From a virus (Duplodnaviria; Caudoviricetes): a stretch of 36,857 nucleotides of DNA. The DNA lies in IMG/VR virus record IMGVR_UViG_3300030330_005067, positions 1 through 36,857 of that record; one strand, given 5' to 3'. Of the stretch, positions 7,686 through 15,464 are shown piece by piece. Each line of letters starts with the position of its first letter. The first letter of the stretch is position 1. The notes under the pieces are model-generated. The model made no database searches. It was not told the origin of the DNA and worked only from the letters and a program-made list of their open reading frames with translations. The translations under genes and the position numbers were made by a program.

Positions 7686-9106
7686 CAGAACCTCCTTTTC
7701 TTAGATCCACCTACATTAACTTTCCTAGTCCTAGTGATGCCTCTAGATTGATAGCGCCTCTGATCAACTATGGCGTCATCGTCCCACCTCCACATGATAC
7801 AGTCATATCTAAGTGCGTCGAGTGGGTCCTCTCTGCCGTCTTTCTTGGGCTTCTCTTGTCGCGGCTCCCAACTGTAAGTAAGCAAAGCTTTCCTGATTGA
7901 GTTATTAGTTGAACGCTCGCCAGCGTCCCATACCTCACGAGTTATTAAGTATTGACCTCGACTAAAGGCTCTCTTTAAACGCTGCACACCATTAAGAATA
8001 TCAGTTCTAATTGGATCAGTGTTAGACCTTAGAGGCATACCTAGACCCTTAGGCGGTGGTAGTCTCATCGCTCTAAAAGCACTAGCACCGGTCTGATCAT
8101 TGCGAGCTTTACCGGCCTTATCAGCACAGCCAGAATCTAACCAAATTCTAGGACCCGGTGCCTTACCCTTATTTTTTCGAGGCCAAGCAATGGAGAGAAT
8201 GAGCTGTGCTAGTTGCTCGATGGTGACTTCAGCCGGGTTAATCTCTGCTGCAATTATATCAGCCTTTAGCAGTGGATCATGGCAGATGATGAGTACCGAT
8301 GGTTTTCTAAAGCCCCAATCAATAGCAATCCTTGAACTCATAGTTGGTTGATACTGCCAACCATCGAGGACCATCTTGGCCGGGTCAAACTCATTATAGA
8401 CTAGGCCGGATGGTGGTCTAGGCTGATTCATTACCATTGCTAGACGCTCAGCTTCTGGTAACAGTTTGGTAGCTTCAAACCACTCTTGACTCAGGTTAGC
8501 TTCATTAACATAGCTGGTATAGAGTAGAGGCTTACACTCACTTCTCTCAGCTAATCGACACCACCAGGCATCTGCCACCGGTAGACCCACCAATATCATG
8601 ATGGGAGTAGGTCCACTCCTTAGGCGTCCTAAAGCTTTGTGGGCTACCTCTTCAGTAAGTGTCTGACATTCATCGATGAGGCATACACCACTAGTTACAT
8701 TTAGACCTTCTAGTGGGTTGTGGGTAGCGTCTCTGGTACCTGGTCGATAGTAAGACCTAGTCCAAACAGTAGAGCCGGTCTCAGGGTCTGACCATTGTTT
8801 GAGGGTGTGATTGTAAGTCCAACCCAGTGGAGCTAACCACTTTTCGATTTCAGGCATCAATACAGAGTTATAGCGTGGTGTTGTGTCAGTAACTAGTAAG
8901 GAGCTGGTACCTGGTCGAATGTGGCTGATCGTAAGCAGAGACAAGACCAAAGCAGATGTTTTACCAGACCCCCATCCACATCTGGCCGCTATGATCTTAT
9001 TCTCTTTTCTAATCTGGGTGATAATGTCTAGTTGCAATTCATTAAGTTTTAATGAGTCCATCCTCACCAACTTTCCAGCGTTCAGAGTGGGAGAAACCAG
9101 CATCAT
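7685..9106 (-). CDS. terL: Terminase large subunit (true start probably MDSLKL at about 9061)
   Basis: Walker A GWGSGKT, Walker B CLIDECQ, nuclease motifs IDWGF and DPLDALRY. Confidence 0.9.
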   Translation of the reverse strand: MMLVSPTLNAGKLVRMDSLKLNELQLDIITQIRKENKIIAARCGWGSGKTSALVLSLLTISHIRPGTSSLLVTDTTPRYNSVLMPEIEKWLAPLGWTYNHTLKQWSDPETGSTVWTRSYYRPGTRDATHNPLEGLNVTSGVCLIDECQTLTEEVAHKALGRLRSGPTPIMILVGLPVADAWWCRLAERSECKPLLYTSYVNEANLSQEWFEATKLLPEAERLAMVMNQPRPPSGLVYNEFDPAKMVLDGWQYQPTMSSRIAIDWGFRKPSVLIICHDPLLKADIIAAEINPAEVTIEQLAQLILSIAWPRKNKGKAPGPRIWLDSGCADKAGKARNDQTGASAFRAMRLPPPKGLGMPLRSNTDPIRTDILNGVQRLKRAFSRGQYLITREVWDAGERSTNNSIRKALLTYSWEPRQEKPKKDGREDPLDALRYDCIMWRWDDDAIVDQRRYQSRGITRTRKVNVGGSKKRRF

Positions 9107-9305
9107 TAATTTTTAAGATGAGCACCAAAGCACCTACCTCAATAGACAGTGTACGCTCATAACCTCGTAGCCAACCATCACTAATATCAGTCTCAGCTAT
9201 GATTGAGTATTCCCCATTCATGATCAGATAGCTCTCTTGATAATGACTAGCAAAATGCCACATCTTCTTAAGCTTAATCTTTGTCAGAGTCTTCGGTGCT
9301 TTCAC
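9042..9305 (-). CDS. Hypothetical protein between terS and terL
   Basis: 87-aa ORF overlapping both neighbours; fills the gap. Confidence 0.55.
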   Translation of the reverse strand: MKAPKTLTKIKLKKMWHFASHYQESYLIMNGEYSIIAETDISDGWLRGYERTLSIEVGALVLILKINDAGFSHSERWKVGEDGLIKT

Positions 9306-9693
9306 TTAAGCTCTCCTCTCTAAGCTCAGCTTTTAAACGCTCGTCAGTCTGCTCTAACATAGTGAGCACCATACTTTGCCCGGCGTTGGCTTTGCTCTGT
9401 GTGATTTCAATCTCTCGTTTGGGTCCCCATCTGTCTGGGTGTCGACGTTCTAACAGCCAAGCATACGCTCGCCAGTCTCCACGCTCGTCACCTAAAGCCT
9501 TGACCCTTGCAACGTTGACAGCCTCAGCAAAGTCTATGGCCTCTTGCACTTCAGCCTTCCACTCCTCACACTCTTCTAGCCACCTGTAGTAAGTGGGTCT
9601 GCTTATTAAACTCAAACTACAAGCCGCCTGAACACTCATTCCGGTTCTAAGGTTGTCTAGTAGTCGTTCTCTTGTCTCTCTGCTTTTAGTCAT
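9274..9693 (-). CDS. terS: Terminase small subunit
   Basis: N-terminal HTH (G.SVQAAC....SRPTYYRW) and DWRAYAWLLERRHPDRW motif; upstream of terL. Confidence 0.8.
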   Translation of the reverse strand: MTKSRETRERLLDNLRTGMSVQAACSLSLISRPTYYRWLEECEEWKAEVQEAIDFAEAVNVARVKALGDERGDWRAYAWLLERRHPDRWGPKREIEITQSKANAGQSMVLTMLEQTDERLKAELREESLSESTEDSDKD

Positions 9694-9759
9694 GTCGCGC
9701 GCCCACGTTAGTGTATTGTTTGTTATTTTATATATTACCCTTGATCTCTCCTTAAGGCT

Positions 9760-9977
9760 TCACTTTGTATATCCCTCATACCAAAGTGCTCTAAGTCGTC
9801 TTCTCCTTTTGACGTCTTCATGACTATAATAACGTTCAAACTGTGTTACGAAGTCCTCATCATCCAACCATCTATTATAATGCCCTATACCAACATCACG
9901 CCCTATAAGCAAGCAGTTTGCACATCGTAACCCTTGCTAATATATGAAAGAAATCGTTTTTGTCTATTATCATCCAT
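9760..9977 (-). pseudogene. Frameshifted small HTH gene resembling the TerS N-terminus
   Basis: ATG at 9977 gives MDDNRQKRFLSYISKGYDVQTACL then TAG (9903-9905); the -1 frame continues LIGRDVGIGHYNRWLDDEDF...EGYTK to TGA at 9760. Confidence 0.55.
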
Positions 9978-10257
9978 TTCTAACCTCTATCATTTGTTTC
10001 CGGCTAAGCAATATATCACGCTCGATAAACACCCTCTGACCAGCCAAGCTCACAACCACCATATCTAAATTCCGAATCTTCTTAGACTGCCTAATAAACT
10101 TGTCCTCTCCTATCCTCCAATTAGGATGGAGTAGAGTAACCTTAGTAAACTGTGGCCAAGTGATTTCACCAGGTGGTTTATTCTTCCACCTTAGATATCT
10201 GGGATTAACAAACACTACCTCTCTGGCTAGATATAACTCAGTCCCTGCGCTGACCAT
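9970..10257 (-). CDS. Hypothetical protein
   Basis: ORF track 9970..10284; ATG at 10257 (MVSAG) is the more likely start given the upstream ORF. Confidence 0.6.
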   Translation of the reverse strand: MVSAGTELYLAREVVFVNPRYLRWKNKPPGEITWPQFTKVTLLHPNWRIGEDKFIRQSKKIRNLDMVVVSLAGQRVFIERDILLSRKQMIEVRNG

Positions 10258-10405
10258 GCCTAGCCTCTTGCAACACTTTCTCAATGTGGCTCATGAGTTC
10301 TTCAGAGTGTTTAGCTATCTTAGCATCATGATCTTTAGCAGAGAGTACGATTAACTTTTTTAAGCGCTCTAGTATTTGGATGGTGTCGTCTTTTCGCTCG
10401 CTCAT
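10238..10405 (-). CDS. Small hypothetical helical protein, 55 aa (not in ORF track)
   Basis: MSERKDDTIQILERLKKLIVLSAKDHDAKIAKHSEELMSHIEKVLQEARHGQRRD; ATG overlaps the upstream stop (TAATG). Confidence 0.65.
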   Translation of the reverse strand: MSERKDDTIQILERLKKLIVLSAKDHDAKIAKHSEELMSHIEKVLQEARHGQRRD

Positions 10406-11979
10406 TATTTACGCCCTAAGTGATTAATATCTATTTGCCTAAGAACACAAGCTCGCGCCAGGCTCATGGCTGAATCCTTTTCTACTTTACTTAGATGGGG
10501 ATGCCCTGAAAGCATTAGAAGAAAGCTAGACAAGTCAACTTCAACCCCGTTTATGGAGATGTAGCTAGGTTTATCAAATAGTAGAGTTTGTCCTGATTTA
10601 TCTGTGACAACATCTGGCTTAACTTCTAGCTTAGGCTCTGGCTTAGCTTTTGGCTTAGCTTTTGGCTTAGGCTCTGGCTTAACTTCTGGCTTAGGCTCTG
10701 GCTTAGCTTTTGGCTTAGCTTTTGGCTTAGCTATGGAATGAATAGGGAAATGCTTACAAGCTGTGCTGTAGGGGGTAACAGGTGCGATTGTCCTTGAAAT
10801 AGCCCTAGCTAAAAATATATATTTTTTAAGATTGTTTTCTTTTAAACACTCCAAAAAATAATGTAAATAAGATGGCCCCGCATAACCATAAGCAAACGCA
10901 GAATAAGCAACTGTGTGACTAAAACGAGAGCTCAAAAGCTTTCTGAGGTTGAGTGCCTCTACTAACTTTGAGAATAAAGTAAATGTTATCTCTTTTGGTA
11001 GTGAGTTAGATAAGTTTAAATTATCTAAATCAACTTCTAATGCGTACTCTTTGCAGATTCTAAAACCATTATCAGAAATATAAAGCACCTTGCTGTTTTT
11101 TACCATAGGCCACAATAAATTATAAAGGAGAACATAGCGTTTTTTGTTATCAAGCTGAAGTTTATCTCTTATCTTTTTTTCTGAACTCAAGAGGCCCATT
11201 AAGCTCCAAGCCCCACCACGCGATGAAATCTCAGAATCAGCCAGTGTTTCTATTATGTCTTTGGCTTTATATAAACCAAGAAGATCAGCGCTTAACTTAG
11301 TTATTCTAAAATCTTTTCTAATATACTTCTCATATGGCTTTAATGAGTCAGAATCATCTAGCTTAGGCTCTGGCTTAGCTTCTGGCTTAGGTAGTTGAGG
11401 TAGTTCTCTTTTAGCTTTAACTAGCGAGGTGATAAAGCTACACCCTCTAGTCAAGAACTCTTTTATATCTAGCCTATGATATTCACCCTGTTTATCATAT
11501 TTATTAAAGTGATGAAGTATCACGCCATCATATTCAGATAAATAATCCACGTATGTGAATCTTTCCTTTTCAGTTTTTGGCGGGTTTAGTCTGTGTGCTT
11601 GATATTCTTTGGCACACTCGTGTTGATGCTCAACATCATTGCTGTATACTCCTACAAGGAGAAATAGTTCACCATCATGAGTATTCTTCCCAGCCAAAAG
11701 CCCTTTATGATCTGTCAAAGAACCCTCGACCAAATATCTAGATTCCTCAAACGGTGAGGATGAATATATATCCAGATTAAGAAAATTTCTATCCATCTGC
11801 CTAGTTGATTTAACTTGAATAAAAATATTCTTTTTAATAGCAATATCAACGTGAGGAAAAGTTGACTTAATTGGTCTAGAACCTTCTGTTCTAGTGTGTA
11901 CAAGCAATTCTCTAACAGCGTCCTCAAAAGCCATCCCACATTCGGCGGCTAAACTTTTTTTATTAAGTCGTGCGTTCAA
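10405..11979 (-). CDS. Putative PD-(D/E)xK-fold nuclease with Pro/Lys-rich linkers
   Basis: G.AFE helix followed by VD(x8)QVKS; TTG start with AAGGAG RBS; visibly AT-richer than the structural genes. Confidence 0.55.
   Translation of the reverse strand: MNARLNKKSLAAECGMAFEDAVRELLVHTRTEGSRPIKSTFPHVDIAIKKNIFIQVKSTRQMDRNFLNLDIYSSSPFEESRYLVEGSLTDHKGLLAGKNTHDGELFLLVGVYSNDVEHQHECAKEYQAHRLNPPKTEKERFTYVDYLSEYDGVILHHFNKYDKQGEYHRLDIKEFLTRGCSFITSLVKAKRELPQLPKPEAKPEPKLDDSDSLKPYEKYIRKDFRITKLSADLLGLYKAKDIIETLADSEISSRGGAWSLMGLLSSEKKIRDKLQLDNKKRYVLLYNLLWPMVKNSKVLYISDNGFRICKEYALEVDLDNLNLSNSLPKEITFTLFSKLVEALNLRKLLSSRFSHTVAYSAFAYGYAGPSYLHYFLECLKENNLKKYIFLARAISRTIAPVTPYSTACKHFPIHSIAKPKAKPKAKPEPKPEVKPEPKPKAKPKAKPEPKLEVKPDVVTDKSGQTLLFDKPSYISINGVEVDLSSFLLMLSGHPHLSKVEKDSAMSLARACVLRQIDINHLGRK
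10614..10732 (-). repeat. 12-bp-unit tandem repeat (KPKA/KPEP) with a ~60-bp higher-order duplication
   Basis: Repeated GGCTTAGCTTTT / GGCTTAGGCTCT units. Confidence 0.9.
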
Positions 11980-11996
11980 AGTAAGTCTCCTTTTAA

Positions 11997-12425
11997 TTAG
12001 TTACCCCATTGAGGTGGCATAAGCTCACCTGGATTAGTCCACTGATTATTCTGTGCAGCTGGTGACTGATTCCAGTCTCCTGAGTGCTCTGGTTTTGGGT
12101 CTAGTGATCGCCATTTATTAGCGATAATTTCCCATCGTCTAGTGTTGGGCTCATCTGGGTTTGGTGCATAGCTCTTTAGACTGCCCTCGATATAAACTTT
12201 AGAGCCTTTCTTAAGCTGTGATACTGCTCTATCTGCTGATTGCCCCCACACCTTAATATTGTGCCATTCAGTAGTTTTCTCCCATCTACCATCTTTCTGA
12301 TAATTCTCAGATGTAGCTACTGAAAAGTAAGCGTATTGTTTGCCGTTATTGGTTACTCTTAGCTCCGGAGCTTTGCCAAGATTCCCAACTAATGTAATCG
12401 TGTTAATCATTCTTTCGTCTTCCAA
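11997..12425 (-). CDS. ssb: Single-stranded DNA-binding protein
   Basis: INTITLVGNLG, FSVATSE, TEWHNIKVWG and LKKGSKVYIEG motifs; likely start at MIN (12410). Confidence 0.95.
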   Translation of the reverse strand: MEDERMINTITLVGNLGKAPELRVTNNGKQYAYFSVATSENYQKDGRWEKTTEWHNIKVWGQSADRAVSQLKKGSKVYIEGSLKSYAPNPDEPNTRRWEIIANKWRSLDPKPEHSGDWNQSPAAQNNQWTNPGELMPPQWGN

Positions 12426-12603
12426 TTCGTCTTGAGATCACTTGAACACAAGCCCCACCTCTAGCTCTAGTCTCTCGATACTCTAGTAGTACCTCTCTGA
12501 CTAGTGCAGCGCGTGAACATTGATGAGAGTTAGCCGCTGACTTTAGCCAGGCGTATTCATCGGGTGTTAAGCGTAGTCCTACAACTTTTGTGAGTGACTC
12601 CAT
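12403..12603 (-). CDS. Ribbon-helix-helix (CopG/MobC-like) DNA-binding protein
   Basis: VVGLRLTPDEY..LK.AA.....SRAALVRE pattern; AAGGAG RBS. Confidence 0.7.
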   Translation of the reverse strand: MESLTKVVGLRLTPDEYAWLKSAANSHQCSRAALVREVLLEYRETRARGGACVQVISRRIGRRKND

Positions 12604-12623
12604 TTGTGTCTCTCCTTATAAAA

Positions 12624-12694
12624 TTGACCTCAGACTTTAGGGTCTCTCTCTAAACATTTAATACAGAAAATATAATAAATGAGTCTGAGGTCAA
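12624..12694 (-). other. 13-bp perfect inverted repeat (5' leader hairpin)
   Basis: TTGACCTCAGACT (12624-12636) / AGTCTGAGGTCAA (12682-12694), 45-nt loop. Confidence 0.8.
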
Positions 12695-12698
12695 GGCC

Positions 12699-12742
12699 AT
12701 CATAACAGCCTCAAAAGTTGAGTCAATAAATTGTTTACAATT
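12699..12742 (-). promoter_or_regulatory. Promoter P1 with palindromic operator box
   Basis: TTGACT-16 bp-TATGAT with extended -10 TG; 27-bp box at 12716-12742. Confidence 0.65.
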
Positions 12743-12936
12743 AAACGAATCCTCATCACAGCCTAGCTATAATATAAAGTTTCAAACTAGATCTTTTCGA
12801 TCTTTGGCCGGCTTAAAACTCTATATCAAACCCCCACAAAGCTTGCAGGCAAAAGGGGAAAGTGGACGACAAACTAAGCTGTGATGAGGTATCCAAACCA
12901 CAAAATGACAAAAGCAAGTGCTTAAGTACCTTATTG

Positions 12937-12981
12937 ACTATATAACAGATTAATAGTTGAGTCAACAAATCGTTTACAATT
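12937..12981 (-). promoter_or_regulatory. Promoter P2 with second copy of the operator box
   Basis: TTGACT-17 bp-TATAGT; box at 12955-12981 matches 12716-12742 at 25/27. Confidence 0.65.
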
Positions 12982-13192
12982 CTTTCAGTACTACAGAAAA
13001 ATAGAGGTGAGTCTAGATCACCAGCCAGATAATTAGCTCACCAGGTGTTACCGTCTCATCACTCGATTTGTGAGATAAGTGTATTGAGTCCGCTTAACCT
13101 TCATTGTTCCTTAGAACGTTAAAAGAAAAGAGTGAGTGACAATAGGGTAACTTACTAATGATGCCCCATGAGCTTATCTGGTGTCAACACAT

Positions 13193-13232
13193 AAAAAAAG
13201 CCAGTAGAACCCATATGAAACTACTGGCTTTT
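13193..13232 (-). terminator. Rho-independent terminator (possibly bidirectional)
   Basis: AAAAGCCAGTAG / CTACTGGCTTTT stem; 7-U tail on the minus strand. Confidence 0.8.
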
Positions 13233-13269
13233 AGTAACTCTCAAGGGGAATGAGACTCACTCTGAACAC
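13193..13269 (-). ncRNA. Candidate trans-acting sRNA
   Basis: TATACT -10 at 13276-13281; 5' seed complementary to two translation-initiation regions; ends at the terminator. Confidence 0.5.
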
Positions 13270-13285
13270 ATAAGTAGTATACTAA

Positions 13286-13591
13286 TCAAGTACAGCTGTA
13301 AAGAATCATTCTAGTTATAGAGCCGTCCTCTCTCTCTCTGTATGTTGCCAGAACTGCACCATAGTACAAGTTAACACAGTGAGCTGAGAAGTTCTGACTA
13401 CGTGAGAACTTTGGTAGCTCTCTAATCTGTTGAGCGTCCCCTTGAATTAGTTTCCATGTCCATTGGCCAGAGCCTACCAAGTAAGCAGATGACAAGACCT
13501 CAATGTCATGGTGAGAATCAACGATATAAACATCTACAAAGAAATCTTTGGTTATATAGTGGTATGGTCCCTCGATCATCTTAAACCCCAC
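13286..13591 (-). CDS. Hypothetical protein
   Basis: 101-aa ORF overlapping the end of the DnaC-like gene. Confidence 0.6.
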   Translation of the reverse strand: MGFKMIEGPYHYITKDFFVDVYIVDSHHDIEVLSSAYLVGSGQWTWKLIQGDAQQIRELPKFSRSQNFSAHCVNLYYGAVLATYREREDGSITRMILYSCT

Positions 13592-14514
13592 TTTGCCCTT
13601 AGTGCTTCACGATTTGGCCCAGTACGTCTACTCTGGCCTACCATCTGAATGGGTGTCAGCATCTGAAGTAAACGATCTTCACTAGCTCGATTAAGAAGAG
13701 TTGAGAATAGTTGCTGAGGATGAATATTAGTTGTCATGAGTACACAGAGCTGGCCACCTTGCCAATAATCATGGATCTTACCTATAATTTCGTTAGTCCT
13801 CGACACCATCCAAGCGGATTTGCTACCTGATCCACCTCTACCGCCTATCTCATCGAGTAATAGTATGGTCCTCCTCTTGTTGCCATAACCAAACAGCCAA
13901 TACTCGACCGGGTCTTTATGTCGCTTAGAATCGTAGTTGTCTTTGATCTCCTCGAGGAGTTTGTCATGGGTCGAGTAGATAACGCGATAACCAGCGAGAC
14001 AAGCCCACCTGGCCACAGCATAGAGTATAGAGCTCTTACCGTTACCTGGCTGGCCAAACATAAAAGCACCTGGTCCCTGATTGTTTTGAGGCTCCATCAT
14101 GTGGCTGATGAGCTGGTTGATGACTTGCTCTTGAAGTGGATTATCCCACTCATACTTATCTAGATGCATGTTCACAGCACCAGCAGGTAAACTGAGCCTA
14201 TTTAGAGCTTTAATTCGTCTACGTGGTATCTCGCAATAAGGGCACATCCTTGTAGTAGTACGATCTACTCTCAAGAAGCCATCATCACAACGACCACAAT
14301 AATCAGGTAAAGTGACTGTAAAGCGTGGTGCTTTGCGCTCTACCATGTCATTGTCTTCTAAGTTCTGCCCGGTAAGATGGCTGTAATCTTTGAGTGGTGC
14401 TGAAAGTTTCTTAGTCGAGCTTCTCAGTTTACTCATAGCTTTAATGTCTTTAATCTGCTGATTAATAGCATTGAGTGTTTTAGGGTCGCCTAGTTTTACA
14501 AATCCATGTGTCAT
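13576..14514 (-). CDS. DnaC/IstB-like ATPase (helicase loader)
   Basis: CxxC...CPxC zinc finger, Walker A GQPGNGKS, Walker B LLLDE, sensor TTN; follows the initiator. Confidence 0.85.
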   Translation of the reverse strand: MTHGFVKLGDPKTLNAINQQIKDIKAMSKLRSSTKKLSAPLKDYSHLTGQNLEDNDMVERKAPRFTVTLPDYCGRCDDGFLRVDRTTTRMCPYCEIPRRRIKALNRLSLPAGAVNMHLDKYEWDNPLQEQVINQLISHMMEPQNNQGPGAFMFGQPGNGKSSILYAVARWACLAGYRVIYSTHDKLLEEIKDNYDSKRHKDPVEYWLFGYGNKRRTILLLDEIGGRGGSGSKSAWMVSRTNEIIGKIHDYWQGGQLCVLMTTNIHPQQLFSTLLNRASEDRLLQMLTPIQMVGQSRRTGPNREALRAKWGLR

Positions 14515-14525
14515 AATTCGTCTCC

Positions 14526-15365
14526 TTAGAATCTTTTATATGGATCATAGCTAGTCTCTTTTCGGGTAGAGCTAGCTTCTGTTTGATAACGCCAATTTAA
14601 TTTAGCTGATAAGCGTCTGTTGTTCATTACAGCTCTGACTAAGAATTCCTCAGTATGTCCATCAGCTTTTAGCTCTGCTACTACTTCAGCTTCTTTATCA
14701 GAGAGATTTAAATCATCTAGTGTTTTAGGGTCAGCTGGTATGTCACTCATGACAGTGCTGTCATCACTGACAATAGTAGAATCAATCTCAGCTGTATTAT
14801 TATTGTTTTCCTTAGTTGTCTCCTTAGTTGTTATATCCTTAGTTGTATTGTAGCTCACTTCGAGCTTAGGGGTCTGCGCTCTATTTGGGCTAAGGGTACT
14901 CTCCTTTTGAACTAACTGGTTAGCCTGCTTTGAGCTTTCTTTGTCCTCGATCGCTCTATTTGGGCTAACCTCCTCAATCATAACCTTAGCTCTATTTGGG
15001 CTAACATCTTTAATTGTGGTCTTAGCTCTATTTGGGCTAACCTTTCTAGGCTGGTAAGAATCCACAGAGTTATCTAGAACCATATTTATGTTTAAGACTG
15101 TAACAGCTCGATGATGATAAACGGTTCCTTTTGGGCTCTCTCTTCTCTGTGCTGTCCTCGATATATAACCCAGCTCTACAAGTTCTTTAAAAGCTCGTCT
15201 TACTGATGAGGCTTTCATGTTCATGTCTTTACTTACATCATTAGAACTTACCTGGCCTTCCAGCGTATCCCAATTAACACGCAGAAGCACACCCAGAAGA
15301 GTTAGCTTAGTGTTTGGCTTAAGTGGTAGTGAATAGACTTTGCGTCTAATATCAATCTCATTCAT
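14526..15365 (-). CDS. Replication initiator (lambda O-like, N-terminal winged HTH)
   Basis: SVRRAFKELVELGYI wHTH; internal DNA repeats; upstream of the loader. Confidence 0.8.
   Translation of the reverse strand: MNEIDIRRKVYSLPLKPNTKLTLLGVLLRVNWDTLEGQVSSNDVSKDMNMKASSVRRAFKELVELGYISRTAQRRESPKGTVYHHRAVTVLNINMVLDNSVDSYQPRKVSPNRAKTTIKDVSPNRAKVMIEEVSPNRAIEDKESSKQANQLVQKESTLSPNRAQTPKLEVSYNTTKDITTKETTKENNNNTAEIDSTIVSDDSTVMSDIPADPKTLDDLNLSDKEAEVVAELKADGHTEEFLVRAVMNNRRLSAKLNWRYQTEASSTRKETSYDPYKRF
14809..15040. repeat. Putative replication origin: 4 iterons plus three 11-mers
   Basis: GCTCTATTTGGGCTAA at 14878, 14953, 14989 and 15025; TCCTTAGTTGT at 14809, 14821 and 14836, next to an AT-rich run. 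Confidence 0.75.
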
Positions 15366-15378
15366 GAAAGAATCCCCT

Positions 15379-15452
15379 TATCACAAAAGTGTGATATTTA
15401 ACTTGACAGTGATTTTTTATTATGTCAATAGTTATATCACAACAATGTGATA
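15379..15452. promoter_or_regulatory. Symmetric divergent control region with two operators
   Basis: TATCACA-N4-TGTGATA at 15379-15396 and 15435-15452, flanking TTGACA (15403) and TGTCAA (15423). Confidence 0.75.
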
Positions 15453-15464
15453 AAAGGTAATTAC

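Noticed and set aside
9760-9977. TAG stop-codon reassignment
   Set aside because: Read-through gives an implausible peptide, while the frameshift restores an HTH; all other genes are intact in the standard code
12885-12925. Plus-strand mini-ORF MTKASA with weak similarity to the terS start
   Set aside because: Too short, SD spacing poor, and the match is within chance
12604-13285. CRISPR or mini-CRISPR array
   Set aside because: Only two 27-bp boxes, 239 bp apart, each containing a -35 element; no regular spacers and no cas genes
15379-15452. CRP sites linked to the cyclase
   Set aside because: Half-sites are in the opposite order (TCACA-N4-TGTGA) to the CRP consensus TGTGA-N6-TCACA
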